Source of the DNA: a virus
Strand: one strand, 5' to 3'
Virus record (IMG/VR): IMGVR_UViG_3300042691_041718
Coordinates: 1 to 64,000 of that record
DNA length: 64,000 nucleotides
In this document: piece after piece, positions 59,471-64,000 of the stretch
How positions within the stretch are numbered: position 1 is the first letter of the stretch
How the letters are laid out: the number at the start of each line of letters is the position of its first letter
Notes under the pieces: model-generated
Seen by the model: the letters and a program-made list of their open reading frames with translations, nothing else
Told to the model about the DNA's origin: nothing
Databases searched by the model: none
Program-made: the position numbers and the translations under genes

Positions 59471-59994
59471 CATTAGAAGAATATAACTCATTATATGATA
59501 GTTTAATCAAGACTAAAATAACCGAAGATAATTTAGTCGATTTTCATAAGTTTACTAGATTTAGTCCTGAGAAGTTTGCTAAACGATTAGGTATTGATGA
59601 ATTAGAGTTCATCAAAAAGTGTAATAATGATAAAAAAGAAATACACAATAAAATACTTGGTTGGAAAAGAGTTAAAAAATTAAAGGGATATAACCCGAAA
59701 TCAAAACAAGAAATAAAGCGACATTGGGATAGAAAAAGTGGAGAAAATATAAAAGTAACTTATAACTTTCTTGTTTGTATTTGTACAAAATATTGTAAGT
59801 TAGACTATAATTATGGTAGTCGAAAATATAGATTTTACGAAGATATTAAGTATCTTTATTGTTGGGATCCTATTTATCATGGAATGATAATAATTTTAAA
59901 TGATAGGAATGAAGAATTCCGAGTAGGTGTTGAAGAATTCAATAAATATTTTAATGATTATAGAGATCATATAATTAACGATTTGTTAAATTAA
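59467..59994 (+). CDS. Hypothetical protein with C-terminal RDxxI tag
   Basis: YRDHIINDLLN. Confidence 0.65.
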   Translation: MTLEEYNSLYDSLIKTKITEDNLVDFHKFTRFSPEKFAKRLGIDELEFIKKCNNDKKEIHNKILGWKRVKKLKGYNPKSKQEIKRHWDRKSGENIKVTYNFLVCICTKYCKLDYNYGSRKYRFYEDIKYLYCWDPIYHGMIIILNDRNEEFRVGVEEFNKYFNDYRDHIINDLLN

Positions 59995-60005
59995 TATATA
60001 CATTT

Positions 60006-60335
60006 ATGGAGTATATATTTGTTTATGGTATGTTTAGAGACTCTGCTAGAGATCTTTTAGGTAAGACTACATTTTGTGGTAAATCTACAATTAAGGGGAA
60101 ATTATATAGAGTTGATAACTTTTATCCAGGCTTTGTTAGTGGTGAAGGTAAAGTTGTTGGTGATGTTTATTTAATAGATCCTGTTGTATTTGATAAATTA
60201 GATGAATTTGAAGGTGATGAATATATTAGAAAAAAGGTTAGAACATCTTCTGATTTAGATTGTTGGGTTTATGAATATAAACATGATGTTTCAAACTTCA
60301 AAGAAATAAAGTCTGGTGACTGGATGTTAAGATAA
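60006..60335 (+). CDS. Gamma-glutamylcyclotransferase (AIG2-like)
   Basis: IFVYG, YPG, V.G.VY, LDEFEG..Y.R, I.SGDW. Confidence 0.88.
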   Translation: MEYIFVYGMFRDSARDLLGKTTFCGKSTIKGKLYRVDNFYPGFVSGEGKVVGDVYLIDPVVFDKLDEFEGDEYIRKKVRTSSDLDCWVYEYKHDVSNFKEIKSGDWMLR

Positions 60336-60336
60336 T

Positions 60337-60678
60337 TTAACCAGTTGAATCTATAAATTTCATTTCTTTAGCTGTGATACCACTAGGTTTATCATGACTT
60401 TTGCTACGCGCTCTATGAGTATGAATAAAATACCCATCTTTATCAATACCCATATCATATCCATTTGGATATCCACCTTCTTTAATTTTCCTTTTTAATT
60501 CTGGGTGTAATTCTAGTCCAAAAACTTTACCTTTTTTAACACTTGTCACATATTTAACGAGTTCATAAGCAACTTCTTTTAATTCTTTTGGTAAACCGTG
60601 TAGGTTTTTAATAGATTTAATCTTATCTTCTTTATTAAAAGAAAATTGGAATTCCTCAAACAACTTTATTCTTTTCAT
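60337..60678 (-). CDS. Hypothetical protein with CTS-like leader
   Basis: MKRIKLFEEF. Confidence 0.7.
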   Translation of the reverse strand: MKRIKLFEEFQFSFNKEDKIKSIKNLHGLPKELKEVAYELVKYVTSVKKGKVFGLELHPELKRKIKEGGYPNGYDMGIDKDGYFIHTHRARSKSHDKPSGITAKEMKFIDSTG

Positions 60679-60706
60679 AGAGTATATATAAAAATAATAA
60701 ATTAGA

Positions 60707-60898
60707 ATGATAGATATATTTTTTATAGAATTTTACATACAGAAAAGATATAATCAAAAATTAGAAGAGTATTTCGAAGTTACTAAATCCGTATCATCTA
60801 AATGGAGAAATTCTAATTTCCCTGAAAGAAGGTTAAAGGAGTTTTCATATAGAGAGGGTACTTTAGATGTATTAGAATTAATAAAAAAAGTATACTAG
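60707..60898 (+). CDS. Hypothetical protein
   Basis: 63-aa ORF just upstream of HNH gene. Confidence 0.5.
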   Translation: MIDIFFIEFYIQKRYNQKLEEYFEVTKSVSSKWRNSNFPERRLKEFSYREGTLDVLELIKKVY

Positions 60899-60942
60899 GA
60901 AAGAGAAACTTTTTTATATATAAAATAAAAAAGTTTCATAAA

Positions 60943-61677
60943 ATGAAAATTTGTAGTATTTGTAATATTGAAAAGGATGAGATAAATTTCTATAAAAGAA
61001 AATCCTCTAAGGATGGATTGCGTAAAGATTGTAAAGATTGTTGTTATAGTAGAAATAAAAAATGGATTAGTAATAATATTGAAGTGGTTAAATCTATCAA
61101 GGATAAATATTATCAAAATAATAAACAAGATGTTATAGACCGTTCATATGAATGGGTAAAAAATAACAAAGATAAACGTTCGAAAATATTAAAAAAATAT
61201 AACTCAAAAGAGGAGGTTATTGAAAGAATTAAAAATAGATATTTGGAGAATAAACATACTATAAAAATTAAGAGTAGGAAATATAAGTTCGAAAATAGAG
61301 AAAAATTAAATGAGAAACTTAGATATAAGTATAACAATGATTTTCAATATAAATTTAAAGTTTTGGTGAAAAACTTAATTACTAAATCCTTTAAAAGATG
61401 TGGTTATACTAAAATTAGTAAAACATATGACATATTAGGATGTTCATTTGAGGAGTTTAAAACCTATTTAGAATCTAAATTTGAAGATTGGATGTCTTGG
61501 GATAATAGAGGTTTATATAATGGTGAATTAAATTATGGATGGGATATAGATCATATAGTACCATTATCATCTGCAATTAATATTGATGAAGTTTTAAAAC
61601 TAAATCATTATACCAATTTACAACCTCTATGTAGTAAAGTGAATAGAGATATTAAAAAAGATAAATTAAATTATTAA
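60943..61677 (+). mobile_element. HNH homing endonuclease
   Basis: CSIC..CKDC, WDIDHIVPL, HYTNLQPL. Confidence 0.88.
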
Positions 61678-61679
61678 CT

Positions 61680-62339
61680 ATGGAGTTATTCTATTTTGAC
61701 ATAGAGTGTGTTGGATCATATAAAGATTATGAAACCTTTTGTTTAGAAGATGAGAGAGGTTCTAAACTATTTAGTGAGAAATATAAAAGAATGAGTTGGG
61801 ATCAAAAATACGACTCTGTTGATGATGCTTATATAAAGCAAAGTGGTATTATAACCACTTATGGTAAGATATGTTGTATATCATTTGGTTATGTTAGTGA
61901 ATCAGGTGAGAAACAAATAAGAAGTTTTTATGGCGAAAATGAGAAGGAAATTGTAAATAACTTTAATGAATTACTTAAAAAAGTAGAATTAAAAAATTTA
62001 AAATTATGTGGATATAGAATTTTATATTATGATTTAATTTTCATTTTACATAAACTTCATAAGTATGGTATTAAACCTGCTAATATTATTTACTTATATG
62101 ATAAAAAACCTTGGGATGCTAGAATAGTCGATATAGCAGATGATTGGAAACAAAAATTTGCCTGGGCTTTTTCTTTTGATGAAGTTTGTTATGAATTAGG
62201 TGTTAAGTCACCTAAAGAGAATATGAATGGTTCTGAAGTACATAAATACTATCATAAAGGTAAATTAGAAGATATAAAAAGATATTGTGAAATGGATGTT
62301 AGTTCATCTATTGATGTTGGTAACATTCTTTATAATTAA
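61680..62339 (+). CDS. PolB-like 3'-5' exonuclease (DEDD)
   Basis: YFDIE, GKICCIS.G, GYRILYYDL, SPK..M.GS.V, YCEMDV. Confidence 0.85.
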   Translation: MELFYFDIECVGSYKDYETFCLEDERGSKLFSEKYKRMSWDQKYDSVDDAYIKQSGIITTYGKICCISFGYVSESGEKQIRSFYGENEKEIVNNFNELLKKVELKNLKLCGYRILYYDLIFILHKLHKYGIKPANIIYLYDKKPWDARIVDIADDWKQKFAWAFSFDEVCYELGVKSPKENMNGSEVHKYYHKGKLEDIKRYCEMDVSSSIDVGNILYN

Positions 62340-63871
62340 ATCTTATTTATAATTCTAATTGTTTTATCTATATTCTCGTTGAAAAATTTTAATTCATCAT
62401 CATTTGATGGTGTTGAATCAGTTAATATATCTTTTAATGTTTTTATTTGATCTAGATAACCAACTTCTTTAACAACATCTAAAATCATATTCATTCTTTT
62501 TCTTATAACAAAAAGATCATCTAAATCTTCTATTATATTAGGTTTTATCTTCTTTGTAACTAGTTCACCTAATTGGAATATTTTATTTAGGACTTCTTTT
62601 CCTAATTCACTATTCATTCCCTTAGTTAAACTATCGAATTTTGATTTTTTAGTATGTAGTCTCTGAATTATTTCAAAAATCAACTTAACTTTTAAATCAG
62701 TATCTAAATTTGTACTAATTTGATTAAAATTTATTAAAGTTAATTTAGCAGCCAAATCTCTAACGTTATCACTAGATTTATGATCTCCTATTTCATTTGA
62801 AATTCTATCTGTTTGTGATGAAAAATATTTAGTTACTTCAGTTTTAGAATCACCATTTAAAGTTGAGTACCATTTACGTAATTTATCCATATAAAAGTTA
62901 GGTCTTTCTTCTTCTTCTTCTATATTTTTATCTTCTTTAATTTTAATTAGTTTATCTAAATCTAAAGCTGAGTTTGATATATCAAACATAATCCATTTAT
63001 TGAAAAGTACCTTATCAAATAATGAGTTGAAATTATCAGTATTAGCCATTTTCAATATTCTATTATTAAAATTAGTCTTTCTAATTTCTTCATTTGAAAG
63101 TAATGCTGTTGCACCACTTCTCATTTCTTCTCTACTTGATTTAATATTCTTTCTATTTTTAGAAGTGTCTAATTTAGAAGTATTAAAAACGATAGCAAAT
63201 TGTGATTCACTTAAACTCTTTTTAGTAAATGCGTCATTTGAATCTATTTTTTTATTCCATAACTCTTCTCCATTATTTTCGGGTTTTAATGACCATATAG
63301 TCCAATCACTATCAACTAAACTCCAAGATCTATTACCCCAATCTGTCCAATCTTCATTATCTGGTTCTGAGCCTTCTAAATAACAATCTTCATCACTATA
63401 AATGGCATACATCCTTACTCGATCACCATTAGGTTCAATATAAAGTGTGGCACGTGTTTTAACATCATCATCAAATTCGTCAAAATTAATGAATATCTTA
63501 TCTAAGTGGTTTATCAATCCACTCCTAAAATCATCTCTTAATTCACTAAAATAGCTATATTCTTTGTCTTCTGTGTAACCAGTTCTGGATTTCAACGCTA
63601 CTCCATCAGTTAAAGATATATTTATCAAATTAGCATTGGTATCTAACCAAAACTTATAGATTTTATCATTACCTTCTACTTTATCAAAAGCTTTATTGAA
63701 TGTTAAATACTCAAAATATTCATCTTTTAGTTCTGAATATGGAAAATCAATTTCATCACAAATACTCTTAACTTTATTTAAGAAAAGTATTTTAGATTCC
63801 TTTGATAAATATCTTAATGTTTTAGATAATAATTGTGATTTAAATGCCTCGAATAACTTTATGTGTTTCAT
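62336..63871 (-). CDS. Large hypothetical protein with CTS-like leader
   Basis: MKHIKLFEAF; late-type promoter upstream. Confidence 0.7.
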   Translation of the reverse strand: MKHIKLFEAFKSQLLSKTLRYLSKESKILFLNKVKSICDEIDFPYSELKDEYFEYLTFNKAFDKVEGNDKIYKFWLDTNANLINISLTDGVALKSRTGYTEDKEYSYFSELRDDFRSGLINHLDKIFINFDEFDDDVKTRATLYIEPNGDRVRMYAIYSDEDCYLEGSEPDNEDWTDWGNRSWSLVDSDWTIWSLKPENNGEELWNKKIDSNDAFTKKSLSESQFAIVFNTSKLDTSKNRKNIKSSREEMRSGATALLSNEEIRKTNFNNRILKMANTDNFNSLFDKVLFNKWIMFDISNSALDLDKLIKIKEDKNIEEEEERPNFYMDKLRKWYSTLNGDSKTEVTKYFSSQTDRISNEIGDHKSSDNVRDLAAKLTLINFNQISTNLDTDLKVKLIFEIIQRLHTKKSKFDSLTKGMNSELGKEVLNKIFQLGELVTKKIKPNIIEDLDDLFVIRKRMNMILDVVKEVGYLDQIKTLKDILTDSTPSNDDELKFFNENIDKTIRIINKI

Positions 63872-63919
63872 ATTTGTATATATTAAATAATTTTTTTATT
63901 TTTGTGAAAAAGACTGATT

Positions 63920-64000
63920 ATGTTCTTACAAACTGAAATGACAATGAAAGCTTTTGATATAGTTTCAAAAGAATTTGATGGTAAAACCGATAAAGCTGGA
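63920..64000 (+). CDS. Probable HD-domain (SpoT/Mesh1-like) protein, truncated by window end
   Basis: MFLQTEMTMKAFDIVSKEFDGKTDKAG resembles the A..AH.GQ.DKAG.PY start; TATTTTTG promoter at 63897. Confidence 0.45.
   Translation, partial: MFLQTEMTMKAFDIVSKEFDGKTDKAG

Noticed and set aside
407-63890. Shadow ORFs from the track (407, 2576, 5218, 6155, 9809, 9813, 10538, 11905, 14844, 19309, 20697, 25271, 27299, 32652, 34315, 36266, 37329, 39020, 41595, 44709, 49256, 49513, 50650, 52495, 52985, 54915, 55100, 58273, 60895, 61113, 63000, 63696)
   Set aside because: They are antisense or off-frame overlaps of well-supported genes, with no motifs and no promoter context
1-64000. Stop-codon reassignment as in Lak or some crAss-like phages
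   Set aside because: Core genes are full length in code 11, and TAA, TAG and TGA all terminate genes
1-64000. tRNA, tmRNA or rRNA genes
   Set aside because: No cloverleaf or GGTTCGA-type T-arm found in intergenic gaps by eye; tRNAscan-SE/ARAGORN would be decisive
1-64000. Bacterial chromosome origin (dnaJ, grpE, clpC, glf, mgtC)
   Set aside because: These genes are interleaved with gp13/gp14/gp32/UvsX/Rnl1-like genes and many homing endonucleases; dnaK is absent beside grpE-dnaJ and there is no housekeeping synteny

Overview
Very AT-rich, gene-dense, standard-code segment of a large T4-related tailed (jumbo/mega) phage genome. Core phage genes seen: RNA ligase 1, gp13- and gp14-like neck proteins, gp32-like SSB, UvsX, NrdB and a tail-tube-fold protein. 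A Bacteroidota host is inferred from recurrent TAnnTTTG (-7) promoters, the lack of obvious Shine-Dalgarno motifs and an Hc1-like nucleoid protein. Accessory content: GrpE, DnaJ and an N-domain-less ClpC with two UVR-domain mini-proteins; a dispersed RNA-repair toolkit; an 11-gene glycan-biosynthesis cluster; nine free-standing homing endonucleases; and a LAGLIDADG intein in an Fe-S flavoprotein. Three patterns stand out. (1) About 16-18 unrelated proteins share an N-terminal MK(H/Y/R)(L/I)xxF(N)E leader resembling the T4 capsid-targeting sequence. (2) Eleven unrelated small proteins end in an R-D/N-x-K-I/L-x-x-I/L-L motif of unknown function. (3) Two of the tagged mini-proteins are short look-alikes of the major capsid protein and the prohead protease. 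No tRNA, rRNA or CRISPR array was recognised. All family assignments come from motif recognition by eye; no database search was run.
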